Made by a program: the position numbers and the translations under genes. From the human T2T-CHM13v2.0 reference genome, Homo sapiens, in NCBI RefSeq assembly GCF_009914755.1, contig NC_060932.1: a stretch of 64,000 nt of DNA; one strand, written 5' to 3'. Each line of letters opens with the position of its first letter. The first letter of the stretch is position 1. The notes under the pieces are model-generated. The model was given only the letters and a program-made list of their open reading frames with translations, was not told the DNA's origin and searched no databases. Shown here piece after piece: positions 25,757 to 39,653 of the stretch.

Positions 25757-27498
25757 GTAAGTGTCTTTCTCTTCTTGCCTTTTCTAATTTGTGGCTTTAA
25801 GGGGAGGACCGGTAACTTCTGCACTCACATTTTCTAAGTACCTCTACTTCAGGGTCAAGAAGAGAGAGCCAGTGCACCCCGTCGCAGGCACCCTTTACTG
25901 TGGAAAACAGAGCAATTAGTTCTGGGATCTGTATTTCTTTGACGAGGTTTTATGCTCAACTAACATTTTATTTCCCACAGCCGTGGTCTTTGCTAAGTGC
26001 CGTTTAGCACCCTGCGGCGTGTGCTTTGGGTTTTAGCCCTGGTCTCATCGTGGCCCCAGGGGGCCCCCCAGTCAGTGGACTGATGTCTGCAAGTTTCATG
26101 AGATTCTCAGAAACGAAAGCCTCCCCCGAGGAGAGGGCTGACTTATAAAGGTGTGAAATAATAAAACTGGATATTTTCTTAAGGGAAAAAAGAGTCGAGG
26201 GTCATTCAGCTTAGACCTAGCCTATATTATCCACGGTATGGGAAAGAGAACAATCCTTGTCAGGACTTGCAAGTTTTTGCCCAAAAATGACAGCGTTCTT
26301 ACGGCTGTTTTCTTCTTTGTGCTGTTGGGTGTGTTGTGACCCTTCAGACTTCTTCAGCTCCACTCCGCTGATAGAGGCTGTGCCTTCTCAGGGCGTGCTC
26401 TTGAAATGCAACCTGCTGGAGAAAGACAGTGGGGCTGGGTGGTTGCACGTGGAAGGCACCGGAGGCAAACGGAAGGAAGGGGTTTGCCATCACTGGGAAC
26501 ACCTGGCCTTTTCTAATTCTCCATTTCACATTCCTTTCTTACTAAGTAGAAGTAAAACAGGACTCAAAGAAAGCGTGGAACAAAGATAATTTAAGGCGTT
26601 ATTTAATAAACCAAGTCCCAAGCTAAAACTTGTCTTGGGAGCCAAGGGCTTAGCCACTTGTGGCACAGGCCAACGCTGCGTGTCTGGGAGTCCCTTTCCC
26701 CTCTAGAAAGCTTTAATTTGGTGTATTTATTGACTTTGACATTTTTAACTGTAGAAACAATTTCCTTCATTAAGTGGAAGTCAATGTTTTGTACTTCAAA
26801 CATTTTTGCAAATTAAAACCCATCCTGGTGACATGAGGAATGGGCTCCACACGTTGTTTGCAGGAAGGAATTAGGATGGGGATATCAGACACGTGGTCCC
26901 CTGCACTGGAGGAGAGGCTCGCGTTTCATCCTGGTGTCATGATTCCTAAACGTGTCAGGAGCATTCCGGGAGTGGCCGGGGAGCTGGGCTGTGGTGGAAA
27001 GTGGGCTGGACGCTGTCAGGAGAGTCAGCTGGCACCTGGGTTCGGCCGTGGCCCTACCGGTGACCCGGGCGAGTCATATTTCCCTGGGGACGGTCTGTGC
27101 TAACAGTACAGCGTGGCGCCAGGATTATCTACACACAGGCTGTCCAAGCTGGGGGACTGTTAGCTGCCACCTCACTCAGCCCCCTGTTTTACAGCAGAGC
27201 AGGTGGAGGCCCCTGAGCTGAAGGTCAGCAGGTCCCCACTGGAGTCTCAGCCTCCCAATGCGCCTGAGCCCCAGGGACTCACATCAAAAACTACCCTGCG
27301 AGGAAAAGCTGCTTTCTTTCTCTCTCTCTTTCTTTTTTCTTTTTTTTTTTTTTTGGTTGGTGTGTGTAGGGGGTATTTAACACATGTCTGAGATAGTTCC
27401 TTAAAAAGGAAAACAGCTTTCTATGTAGACAGTAGAGGGACATTGGGGAGCTGATCGGCCCAGGTCCTGTCATTTTCTTTATAGTGTCATAAATAGTA

Positions 27499-27737
27499 CA
27501 GGTTGATCATTCCAAATCTGAAGATCAGAAATCCAGAATGCTCTAAATTCTGAAACTTTGTGAGCGCTGGCATGACTCTCAAAGGAAATGCTTACATGAG
27601 CATCTCAAGTATCCAATTTCTGGATTTGAGTTGCTCAACCAGTAAGTATAAATGCAAGTATTCCACAGTCTGAAAAACAAATCGGGAATTGGAAACTCTT
27701 CTGGTCCAAGCATTTTGGATAAGGGATGCTCGACCTG
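27499..27737. mobile_element. Tigger4a/MER46-type TcMar MITE in intron 1
   Basis: TA|CAGGTTGA...TCGACCTG|TA terminal inverted repeats with TA target duplication. Confidence 0.8.
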
Positions 27738-29209
27738 TAGGGTGCATTTGGCAAGTCCTCTCCAGGGTTCCCTCCACTCAGAAGGGCCCTGTGCTGCCAG
27801 GGCTGCAGGCACCCAGCACGTGCTGAGTCAGTGGGGATTTGCTTGCAAAGACGTCATCACACCCGGCCAGGAGGTGGTGGCCCAGGCTGGGTGAGGGACA
27901 CTGGGGAAGTTCTAACATAGGAAGTCCCCCAAGGAGTGAAGAGATTGCGGAGGGGACACACATTCAGGGTGGGTGAGGCTGGACGTGCAGTCCTGCTGGT
28001 TTTCTGGGTTGGGCATGTGATTGATAAAAGTGGAGTTGAGGGCACATTGGCACTGGGAGTCAAATGCGCAGAAGACTTGAGCTTGCTACTCTCCCGAGCC
28101 AGGAGCTCTAAGGTGTTTTCATTGTTGAAATCCAAGGGTTCTGATTTAGGCTTGGCTGGCACGTTGCAAGTGACCCCATACTTGTGGAATCAACTGAGGC
28201 TGATGGATTCTGCAAAGCCTCTGACACCTCCTGATTTTGGTGGTCCTGAGCATGAAGTGAGCAGGGAATACATGTGGGGATAAACGTGGCAAAGTGCCCT
28301 GTTACCCCCATCCAAAGACTTCCCGGGGAGACTTCCACAGTAAGGTACCATTGGAGTGAGGATTGCAGGAAGTGTGCACACGTGATCCCAGCTCTGCCTT
28401 GCTAAGCACTACAAAGTGTAGCCCCTCACACATGAAGTGTTTGAAGACTTCCAGGCCCACAGGACCGGATGTCACGTCAGTGATACATAGGTTGCATTGG
28501 ACAGGACGTTACAGACTGGTTGAAGGATAGCTAGTCTGTGAGCTCTCAAGACCTGAGCCGTTTCACATTCTTCCAGGTCTTAGGTCTAAGGAGGAGGATT
28601 TCCATCCAGGGCGATTCTCCTCTTATTTCAATGTAGCTCATTCTCTCCTTTGACCTAATAGGTCACATTTTGACTCTTCCCTTTACCAAGAAATACAAAC
28701 ACATCTGAGGTTTAACTCAACATAAGTGTAAGTAGATACTGTGATGACACATGAGCCCCTGCTGCAATAGCAGGTACTGGGGATTGCTCATGCGTCTGCT
28801 GGAGTGGAATTGCCTGGTATTCGTCAGGCTGATCCCAGAAGAACCTTGGATAGGAAACCGGATGGAAGCTGAAACGTCTTCCCCAACCTTGGTCCAACTT
28901 CATTTCAGTGAGCTCTTCCCAGCACCCTGCTGGTGAACTCCAGAGAGAGTAAATGGGTTTCTGAGCAGGAAGCGTTTCTTGAAGATCCACCTTGATTAAC
29001 TCATTGGAAAATCCCAGTGAGCTGCATCTGGGGAGATTTCAAATAGTGAAGCAATACATAGATTTTCTCAGATACCTTTTCCTGTCTGCAGAATTCTTGA
29101 ACCATGATAACAGCAGCAGCATAACAGAGACAGCAACCGATTTCGGTACCAGGGCCAGGGCCAGGCATGATGCAGATTCAATATGGAACGCCAGAGCTAG
29201 AGGAGCTAG

Positions 29210-29677
<468 letters not shown>

Positions 29678-31354
29678 TGCTTTTATTGTGTTCTATGAGG
29701 TGCAACGTTCCGTTATATCCCTGGAGTAGAATGCATGCTGGTGCACTCTAAAACACGGCTGGGCCCTCCCAGGGTGGGGTGGTTGGTCGACTAGTTGGGT
29801 TTTAAGAGGCAATATTGAGAGAGTTAGTGTGGCAGTGTGAAAGGCCCAGAATAAGGATGGCCTTGGGGCAGGGGTAGCCTCTTCTACATGCTTTTGGGGA
29901 AGAATTTCTCCTTTCTGGCCCTCGTGTCCTGTTTTCTTCCCTGTAGAATAGGAGTTTGGGTAATCGCTAGTGATCTTTCCAAGTTCTACAATACTGTGAT
30001 TCTCGGAGATTACAGAGTTCAAAGGAAACAGCTCATAAGGAGCAATTTATGTACTGTGGTAGGTTTTCTAGCACGTACCCTGGAGATCTGAACTATGAGA
30101 AATTCATCTCCGAGCAGCCCTTGGCATTTTCCACCCAAGTCTCATACCCATGGCCCGGGATGTGGGTGGCACCCCTGGGGCTGTGCCATGGGGCCTGGCC
30201 TAGGAGTTCTGTCTTTAAATAAGGACAGATCCTCGTCATTTAAACAGAAAAGTAAAAAATGGAGCTCAGGTTGTGAGTCCTTTTGCACCTTGTTTGGGAA
30301 ATTAATGACTGCAGAGATTTAGGAATACGGTCCCTACGTAACTTTGCCGTGATGATCAAGTCACTCAGCACGTTGGCATTTTACGTGTTTTGGGTGAACA
30401 TGTACAGCAGATTGCCATGTCTAATACCTGTAATGCTGCAAGTTCCCAGAGAAAAAGATGGAACTCGCTCATCTCCTGTTTGGGGAGAATTTCATCCACA
30501 CTCTCGAATTTCCCCACATCCCTGAGGCTTTCATGCCAGGCTCTGTCCTCACTTTTCCTGCTCACCTCCTGCTACGCCTGTCTACCGTAACCAGTGAGAC
30601 TTCAGACGGCAGATTCCAGGGGGCATCTCCAGCCAGTCCCTTTTTCCACATCCCCCTTTGCATGGTGGAGAGACTGCCCGTTCCCCAGGCAGACACCCGC
30701 CACCTCCGCTTGTGGCTGCGTCTTTCCAGAGTGATTTCTGGTCACACCCACCCCTGCAAGTCTCCCATGATCCTGGATTCTCCTGCCCGACCTTTGCTTA
30801 TGGGCTGCCCTCCTTTCCCACCTCCGCCTGGCAGTCCCACCTGTCCACCGAGCCTCCTCTCAAATGTCACCTGCCTCGTGGGCCACTCGGCCGTCCTGGC
30901 CTCCTGCCATTCCCAGGACACCTTCTACCTGCCCCGGGCTCTTGGCTCTTATCGTATGTTCTCTTGTATTCTAAGTGTTTGTTTACTTCTCTAATCTGCT
31001 TTAATTATTTTTGTACTTCCCACTTATATTGCTTTGAACTTTGCCCTGAACACACCAGGGGTTCTAGGAATACTTGTTGAGTTCACAATGAAATGAAACA
31101 GCAGCCCAATCTTCCAACTGTTGTGGAAGAAAACAAAAAATAAAGTTGGGTCCCTGGGAAGTTAATAGGCTTCCTGACTGCTGGTCTAAGGTGATTTCTG
31201 GCCATGTAATCTTTCATTTTTTCCCTTCCCAAGGGGGTTTTATTAACTGGAGTTCATTTTCCCCTTTGGAATGATGCAGAAATGGCAGAGGCCTCATGAT
31301 GCTTGCGAGGGAGCTCAGTGTTGTGTGTGACTCTCTTTGTAGGAGCACGCCAAG

Positions 31355-31461
31355 ATGTCCCTTGTGACTGTCCCCTTCTACCAGAAGAGACATAGGCACT
31401 TCGACCAGTCCTACCGTAATATTCAAACACGGTACCTGCTGGACGAATATGCGTCAAAAAA
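31355..31461 (+). CDS. MYOM2: MYOM2 exon 2 coding part (exon starts 31343); My1 head MSLVTVPFYQ...EYASK
   Basis: Acceptor ctctctttgtAG at 31341-42, 12 nt of UTR, gccaagATG, donor AAA|GTAAGC; 107 coding nt. Confidence 0.97.
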
Positions 31462-32405
31462 GTAAGCTGACATTCGCTGATGAGACGCGCAGAGCTTTGA
31501 TTATGGGGGTCTGACATTTAAAGGCTTTTCCAGTTCCGTCAGCCCTGGAGAGGCACTGGTTTGCAGGGAGTCAGAGAGCAGAGATGGCAGCCTCTCCCGT
31601 GCCCAGGTCCTGCCACGGAGCAGCACTCTGTGGAGCTGGCGTAGTGTTCTGGCAGGTCCTGCTGGCCGAGTTCAGCTCCTGATCGAGGTGGGGAGGCAGG
31701 AAGTCCTTTGTATGAGCTCGTTGATTTTACTGCTCATCACATGCCTTCCAGAACTAGGATCTAAAAATAAAGCCACCCAAAATAAAAAGCAATGAGATTG
31801 AAACTGGTGGGAAAGGCTGTCGGTAGGAGAGAAGTTAATGGGTGGCAGAGTAAAGACAGAATGGGAGGCAATATTAGTGATTTGGCTACATCGATCATGG
31901 ATGTGCCGAGATCAAGAATCCCTGCCTCTGGGGCTGGTGTGCACCTGCATCTTCCGGAAGCTTCTCGGGGATGGCCTCATACAGGATGGCAGCTCACGCC
32001 CCCATGGACACTGTTTGTGTAGCAGCAAATCTGCAATCCTAATGGGCTGATTGGAAGGCTGTGGTGAAGGGAGGGAGGGACCGCGGGCAGGCGTTCTGCA
32101 GCCCAGGTGCCTGCCTCATGTCACCCACACCCTATGTTTAGAAACGCTTAGGGTACTTTTATTTAGTTGCCATCCCTTGTGCCAAACAAAGCCAAACATT
32201 TGCAGCCCCTCCCAGCAGCCTTGGGGTGTCTCAAATCCCTCAAGATATATATAATCCTGGCGTGGAGCCAGAAAGACTGTGGCCGGCACTGGCTGGCTCT
32301 GAAGGGAGGTGGCACCAGCCACAGTGAGCTCAGGGAGAAAGCACCCCAGGGCGGGCATGTGCGGGGTATGGGTGTGGGCACACAGGGACACAGGCTTGGG
32401 TTTGC

Positions 32406-32690
32406 CTGTGTGCAAGTGTGTGTACACTTGTGTAGGTTTGTTTATGTGTGCACGCGCTGTGTGTATGCGTGTGCATGTGCTTGTGGGAAGGCGTGTCCTT
32501 GCATTTATGCATTTATTTGCATACACATGTGTACGCATGTATTGTATGTGCATATGCATGCATGTGTGTGCATGTGTGCATATATGTGTGTAGGTGCATG
32601 CCTCTCATATGCCTGTGCATGTGTGTGTTTGTGTGTGCTCTGCATATACCAGTGGTTTGGGGTGTGTAGAGAGAAAGTGATGTGTGTCAG
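32406..32690. repeat. (TG)/(CATG)-rich low-complexity tract in intron 2
   Basis: Direct observation; contains six TGCATG. Confidence 0.85.
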
Positions 32691-32749
32691 GATAAATTTC
32701 CATACTGTGCCTGAGCATGCATCTCCTAATCGTGTCCATGTTCCTGAAG

Positions 32750-32905
32750 GCGAGCTTCCACCCAGGCATCTTCCCAGAAGTCCTTGAGTCAGCGGTCGTC
32801 TTCACAGAGAGCCTCCAGCCAGACGTCCCTGGGAGGAACCATCTGCAGGGTCTGTGCGAAGCGAGTGAGCACGCAGGAAGATGAGGAGCAGGAGAACAGA
32901 AGCAG
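32750..32905 (+). CDS. MYOM2: MYOM2 exon 3 (RASTQASSQK...CRVCAKRVSTQEDEEQENRS)
   Basis: Acceptor ttcctgaAG, donor CAG|GTGAGC; 156 nt, phase 2-2; frame continuous with exons 2 and 4. Confidence 0.97.
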
Positions 32906-34860
32906 GTGAGCACATGGCTTCCCTGACTCCACTTGTGCCCTGCGTGGGGTCACAGTGGAGGGACAGTGGGGTGAGGAGGGAAGAGCGACCTTAGCTGAGA
33001 GGGAAGATCAAGGAACACAGGCCATGCCTGGGGTGAGAGGGAGAATGCTGCTGTTTCCCAATCACCTGCTTCTCTTTACCATCATTATCTCAATTAATCT
33101 GAACAAGAAAACTACTGGGCACCAGCTTCCCACCATTTTGCAGAAGAGAGCGTTGCTGTTCAGAGCGCTCACGCCACTGCCCAGGATTCCATGTCTCACG
33201 CATGTCCCAGCTGGGCTTAGAGCTCCAGGGTCCGTGGCTTCCAAGCCAAGCTCAGTCCCTTTCCAGACAGAGCAGGATAAGCACACATGAAAACATCAAG
33301 ACCTAGCAGTGTGAGAGTAATTCTGAATTTCCACTTGCAACCTCTGTAGCTATGCAGGAACAGCCGTGGAGGGGTGCACATTCAAGCAAGGTCATCTTCC
33401 TAAGCGGGAGCCAGGGTTTTAAACAGTTGTCGTGTGGAAACTAAAGAGTTGGGAAGGGATTCTATAAATTGTCATGCTTTACATTTCAACAGAGGCAGCT
33501 CGTGGGGTGAAATGTCATGGGAATGGGATGGATTAATAAAAATGCCAGTCTTAAAATTATTTCCAGATGACGGAGAAACAGGTGGTGATATGGCTTTGAT
33601 CTTTTAAGGACAAAGTGAACAGTTAAACGTTCGCGGGTGCCTTGTTTTATACCTGCTGTATTTTTTCCCTCATCTCCCCCTGCTACTTCTGGGAATTTTC
33701 TCTATATCTTCAAAGCATTTAAAACCTGAAGGAAAAATAAGATTTGAGTAAACATCTTTCATTTTGAAAGTTTCAGAAAGATGAAGTCATCTGTTGAATA
33801 TAAACAATGTATAGCCAAGAAGGTTAACGAAGGTTAACATTTATTTTTAAAAAATTGAATTTTTTTAAATGTCATAGGATAATTTTGCCATGTAAATGAA
33901 TTCTAGTGTAAAGTGAAGATTTCTTTTGTGAAAGAATCTCTTTGAAATGTAGATGTTAACACAATCCAGATTTTTATGTATTGGATTAAAGGGTTCTTCT
34001 ACCTATATTTAGGTTTTGGGGGCTACAATAGAATACTTGAGCTTATCATTTTATTTTTATCATTTAAACATTGATGTGAACTTGAACATATTGCATAAGC
34101 TTCCTATCGCTCAATTTCCCTGCTGGTAAAATGGTAACAGTGAGTGGCTTACTGTGATTCATATGGTTTTGGCAGCAGTGACTTTCAAGACAGCCTTGGC
34201 TGCTGGAAATTGTCCTAAAACACATTGGGCTATGCTCTTGCAATACCAAATCTGACTCAAAGAAGGGATTTGAGTGACTGGTGAAGGGGTTATGTTCTCA
34301 CGGCACCTCTGATCCTCACGTTAAATGCCAGTCTGTCTTGGACGTAGTAGAGACGGGGGACGAAGGCTAGGCACTTTCTCAGCTTTGTGTGGAGCCCACG
34401 GCTCATGCTCTCCATGAGATTTTCTTCAGCAGCCCCCGAGTGTTGTATTCTCCTAACCCATGTGCATGTCTTCCATGGGGAAGATCGTTTTGAAATCAGT
34501 TCCTTCCTCCTTTAAAGGTAAACATAAGTCGTGGGGATCTCAGTGAGTTGGGCAAGTTCTAATTGAGATTTATTGTGAAGGCTGCTCTATCACCGTCATG
34601 CAGAAGGGCCCAGGAGGGATGAGTGAGCCCCGTGCTGAGTGATGTGAGCAGCTCCATGGATTCCAGCCCTTATTAGAATTCACCACTCTCACGGGCTGCA
34701 AGCATCATCACAAGCATGTATTTATCCCTGACCTCCCAACGTGGATATTAGTTTAGCGTGCTGGACAAGTTGGTCCTTTGCAAAAGATGAAATTGTGGGC
34801 TCACTGATGTGAGTTACTGCTGATGTCCCTGTGTCAAATAAATACTGAAGAGACATTGGC

Positions 34861-34948
34861 GCTCTGAAGGCACTCAACACGTCCTTCTGGAAGATACGAC
34901 CCCGGTGCTCTGAAGGCACTCAACACATCCTTCTGGAAGATATGGCCC
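34861..34948. repeat. 46-bp tandem duplication
   Basis: gctctgaaggcactcaacac(g/a)tccttctggaagata at 34861 and 34907. Confidence 0.9.
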
Positions 34949-35471
34949 ATTGGAAATGTCCCTCTGACATCTTCCTTCAGTCCCAGTGAAAAATGGGCCT
35001 CCCTGAATCTTTCAAGCCACCTGTCCCGGGGCTTGTCATTTACAATCAGTGCATGACAAATGACGTTACTGTGCACACGTGGGCTGAAGTGACGGTCAAC
35101 TGATCATCAGCCGGCAGAAATATTTCCTCAATGTCCTGACTTGGGGTTGGCTGTGGGAGGAATTCCAGACCAATTAGTTATTCTGAATCATGGAGGGTTA
35201 GAGGATAGTGGTGCTATTGACCTAAGAATAAGCTGAGGCTCTTGTTACTCAAACATAAAGAGCCCATAGAAAAGTAAACGGTGTCAAGAGAGGACATCTG
35301 AACCTTTAAACTCATCACAGTGCTGCGTGGCGCAGACCAAGCTTTGTCTTCTCGATCCCTGCAATTTGGTGGGATTCACTCCCCTGTAAGAAGGCTTGTT
35401 CCCTGCAGGACATCTGACGCCATCGTTCATTTCTTGAACACATATTCCTAGAACTCCTCCTGGCACCTGGC

Positions 35472-35699
35472 ACCTGGATACTGGGGAACCAAGTACCTGG
35501 ATACTGGGGAACCAAGTACCTGGATAATGGGAGAACGAAGTACCTGGATACTGGGGGAACCAAGTACCTGGATACTGGGGGGACCAAGTACCTGGATACT
35601 GGGGAACCAAGTACCTGGATACTGGGGGAACGAAGTACCTGGATACTGGGGGAACGAAGTACCTGGATACTGGGGGAACCAAGTACCTGGATACTGGGG
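35472..35699. repeat. 23-24-bp VNTR, ~9.6 copies (intron 3)
   Basis: Unit ACCTGGATACTGGGG(G)AAC(C/G)AAGT. Confidence 0.95.
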
Positions 35700-36559
35700 C
35701 AATGAAGAGGGCATTTTCCCGCTTTGTTGGGATTCAGAGTTACAGGACAGGGCTGGTGTCATTCAACATGCACATGCATGTGCTTACAGAGGTGGCACGT
35801 GCTCTGCAGGAGGAGGATGAGGACGTATGAAAGAGACCCACAGGGCTGTGATTTGAGGGTGGCCCTAGGGGAGAGGCTCTGAGGGAGAGACCCCTGTGCT
35901 GAAAGCAGGAGGAGCAGAAGCCAGCCCATTAGAGGTTGGGAGGAATCTACCCCAGGCAAGAGGGCATGCAGAATGGCTGAGGCCCAAACAGACTGTTCCC
36001 TAAACATTGTAGGGAAAGGCTGTGTGTGTGGTCGGAGCGGGGACAGGGAGGTGCGAGGTGAGGTCCCCGATTCCTAAGGAGATAAATCCACATTCCTTTC
36101 ATGGTTAGATTTTAGGGTTCCTCCCACCTCATTTCTGTACGAAGAGGCTGCAGACTTCTGCAATTCTGATTGCGAACTTCCCAAATGCCTAACACCAGGC
36201 CTTAGTCTTAATCGCTGCTGGGGAAGCGCTGGTCCATCGGAGCCGTGTGGGGTTGTGGAAGCACCTCGGACAGAGGCCCTGCACCCTGGGTCTCGGACAG
36301 GCCTTACCGCCAACCTGCAGCGGGTCTCAGTTCTCCCCAGGTCTCTGGACAGCCGTGATGCTACGGTCCCCTCCAGCTCCGATACCGGGACTTTCTGTGC
36401 GATGTGGCCCTGGCCAAGAAGCCTCTTGGTGGCTCGTGCACAGTGCCACAGGCGGCGCTCCGGCTCAGCCACCTTTCCCTCCACCGCCTCCTTCCCAGGC
36501 CGTCTGTGCAGCTTCCTGTCCCTGCCACTCGGGAACGAACCTCCCCCAGCCTAACTTAG

Positions 36560-37020
36560 ACTACTGAGTATTTATGAGACATCTTCTATGTGCTGAAGCT
36601 GGGGAATACAGAGGTGAGAAGTAGCCAATCGTTTCTCCTGGGAAGGATAAAATGTATGCAAATTACGATCATAAAGGCCCTAAGAGAAATAACAGGAGGT
36701 CTGGCGTTCAAGACACAGGGGAGAGGATTAGGGATGGCTCCGTGGGAGACATGGCATCTGAGATGGGTGTTGGAGGAAGGATAGAGTTTTGATTGAAAGG
36801 GATGGCAGTGAGATGTTTCTCACGAGTGGGACAGAATCCCAAGAGGGGAGCAGAACAGCGAGCGTCCTAATTTCAGTGGGACCTTGGGAACGCGATGGTG
36901 AGGGAGGTTGATGAGGCTGAAAGAGCTGCTGCAGGGTTTCCAGAGCATCTCAGAGCATGGAGGCAGGCCAGGCCTGGCTGTGTTGGGGTGCGATTTGTGG
37001 GGTTCACAAAATGGCATGTG
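36560..37020 (-). mobile_element. L2 relic
   Basis: tatttatgagacatcttctatgtgctgaagctggggaatacagaggtga resembles an antisense L2 3' end. Confidence 0.5.
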
Positions 37021-37867
37021 AGCCGCGACGATGTGAACATTTCTGAGCCCTAAGGACTGAAGATGCTGAATCCTTTAATCCTTTATTTATTATTATTATT
37101 TTTAGCATTCAGACCTTCCTATCTGTATATTTTTAAACTCAAAATACTTTAATTCAATCTTAAAATCACTCAGAAACTGCATCCTTCTCAGGAAAATAAA
37201 TGGCTTTTATTTGCTGCCCTGCAGAGGAAAACTCACACATGGGGAGCTCACCATCTTCCTAAATTTTCAAATCATGGAACTGACTTCAATAGCACCGTTA
37301 GCCCGGTAGCACCTAACAGTTTTGAGTCTCAGACCTGGGAAAGCATCAAGCCGTTTGTCGGATAAATCCACAGAAGTTCCCTGATTTCCCGAGTTGCCCT
37401 GTCTTTACTGAGCACCTGCTGCATGTGAGTTTCTGTGCACACGAAGATGAGTAACAATGTCTCTGTTTTTAAGAGCCTCAGATTAACTTCCCGACTCTCT
37501 GAGTGGGTGCCTGTTGTCTTTTGCTGCTCACGGTAATTCTCCAAAGCATCTCTTAGGGCCTCCAAGCGGTTTGCAGTTGTGCACCGTCAGTGGTGAAAGA
37601 AAGTTGGGGCAGGCACTTCCTGTATTTTTTTATTAATAAATCACATACATGTTCTTCTTTACAACTTCATCATGCATGGCATTCACACACCAAAATATAC
37701 TCTTGAAGATAGATTCAAATGAGCAGAAGTAGCATTTCTCCTGTTCTTTTCTTGAACGCACTTAAGGAAACCCTAGGGAGAGAATGGGCATGCCCTTTCC
37801 GGCCTTCGGGGGCCATGTGGTTTTCTTCGTGACTCCTGCAACTGAGGCTGCTTCTCGGCTCCTGCAG

Positions 37868-38006
37868 GTACCAGTCCCTGGTGGCCGCCTATGGTGAGGC
37901 CAAGCGACAGCGCTTCCTCAGCGAGCTGGCCCACTTGGAGGAGGATGTCCACCTGGCACGCTCCCAGGCCCGCGACAAGCTGGACAAATACGCCATTCAG
38001 CAGATG
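37868..38006 (+). CDS. MYOM2: MYOM2 exon 4 (YQSLVAAYGEAKRQRF...YAIQQM)
   Basis: Acceptor cctgcAG, donor ATG|GTAGGA; 139 nt; overlaps track ORF 37881..38120. Confidence 0.97.
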
Positions 38007-38142
38007 GTAGGAGGGTCTCAGGGTGGCTGGGTGTCTGGGAAGCGTGGACTAGATCTTAGCTTGTCTGCATGGTGCTCAAGGGGCCGAGGGTGGAGCTTGG
38101 CTCGCTGCCTGGGAACCTGACCATCCTTGCTTCTCGGGGCAG

Positions 38143-38300
38143 ATGGAGGACAAGCTGGCCTGGGAGAGACACACATTTGAAGAGCGGATAAGCAGGGCTC
38201 CTGAGATCCTGGTGCGGCTGCGATCCCACACCGTCTGGGAGAGGATGTCTGTGAAACTCTGCTTCACCGTGCAAGGATTTCCCACGCCCGTGGTGCAGTG
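38143..38300 (+). CDS. MYOM2: MYOM2 exon 5 (MEDKLAWERH...GFPTPVVQW; start of Ig domain My2)
   Basis: Acceptor ggggcAG, donor GTG|GTGAGG; 158 nt; Ig I-set motif G-x-P-x-P-x-V-x-W. Confidence 0.97.
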
Positions 38301-38304
38301 GTGA

Positions 38305-38818
<514 letters not shown>

Positions 38819-39653
38819 AGAGTGTATTGTTTAAAAGTCACTACCCTGAAATGATCATGGCTGTTGTCCTGTTTGCAAGAGCACGTGCATGATTGCTGAC
38901 TGTACACAAAACTGGAAAGTCTGCTTTTCAATATGGAAAACTCATAAGTGGAAAGCATAAACTCTAAAGTTTTGGTACTGCAGATCTGCAGTTAATGAAG
39001 CTGTGGTAATTGAAGAATTACATCTTTAAGCCCTCAAGACCCTTTTTGTATCAACATATATTGCTAAAGTTATACGTATATATCTATGTGCATTTATATG
39101 TGGGGTTGGGACTCGGAGCCACAGACCAGGCATATCGTGGCTGATGGCTGGATCCTGAGGTTCTTTGGAAGACAGGCTTGGGAGGCTGAGGCTCGCCTGC
39201 TCTTGATGCGGAGGTGCTGGGGTGGATGTGGTCCTGCCTCCTGGATGGAGCCATGAAGCCAGCTTCCTTTCACCAGGGTCAGTGCGTTAGGTCCCGCAGA
39301 ACTCCCTGAGACACTAGCTACACTGCAGCTTAAGTAGGCGGGTCCGGGATCCAGCACCCAGTGTTTCTTATGGAATGACAAGTCCTGAATTCCTAACAAA
39401 GGTCAGGCAGGTGTTTGATCTGCCGAATGGGGAATCCCCTGAGAGTCTGAACGAGGAAAGCGCTGCTCTCGCCTTAGAAAGCAAAACCAGTGCGAGCTCT
39501 GGGCCTCACCGTCAGGGCTCTGTCCTCCTCCCGCCTGAGGCTCTAAGGGAAACCTGCAGAAATGGGCAGCAGGCGCGGGGGAGCTGGGGCAGAATTGCAC
39601 ACACACAAACTACAACTCTGCCTTTAAACTAAAAACATGCCTCCCTCATTTAG

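Noticed and set aside
32860-32872. Cryptic donor CGA|GTGAGC inside exon 3
   Set aside because: Weaker than the authentic CAG|GTGAGC 41 nt downstream, and its use would frameshift; no evidence of use.
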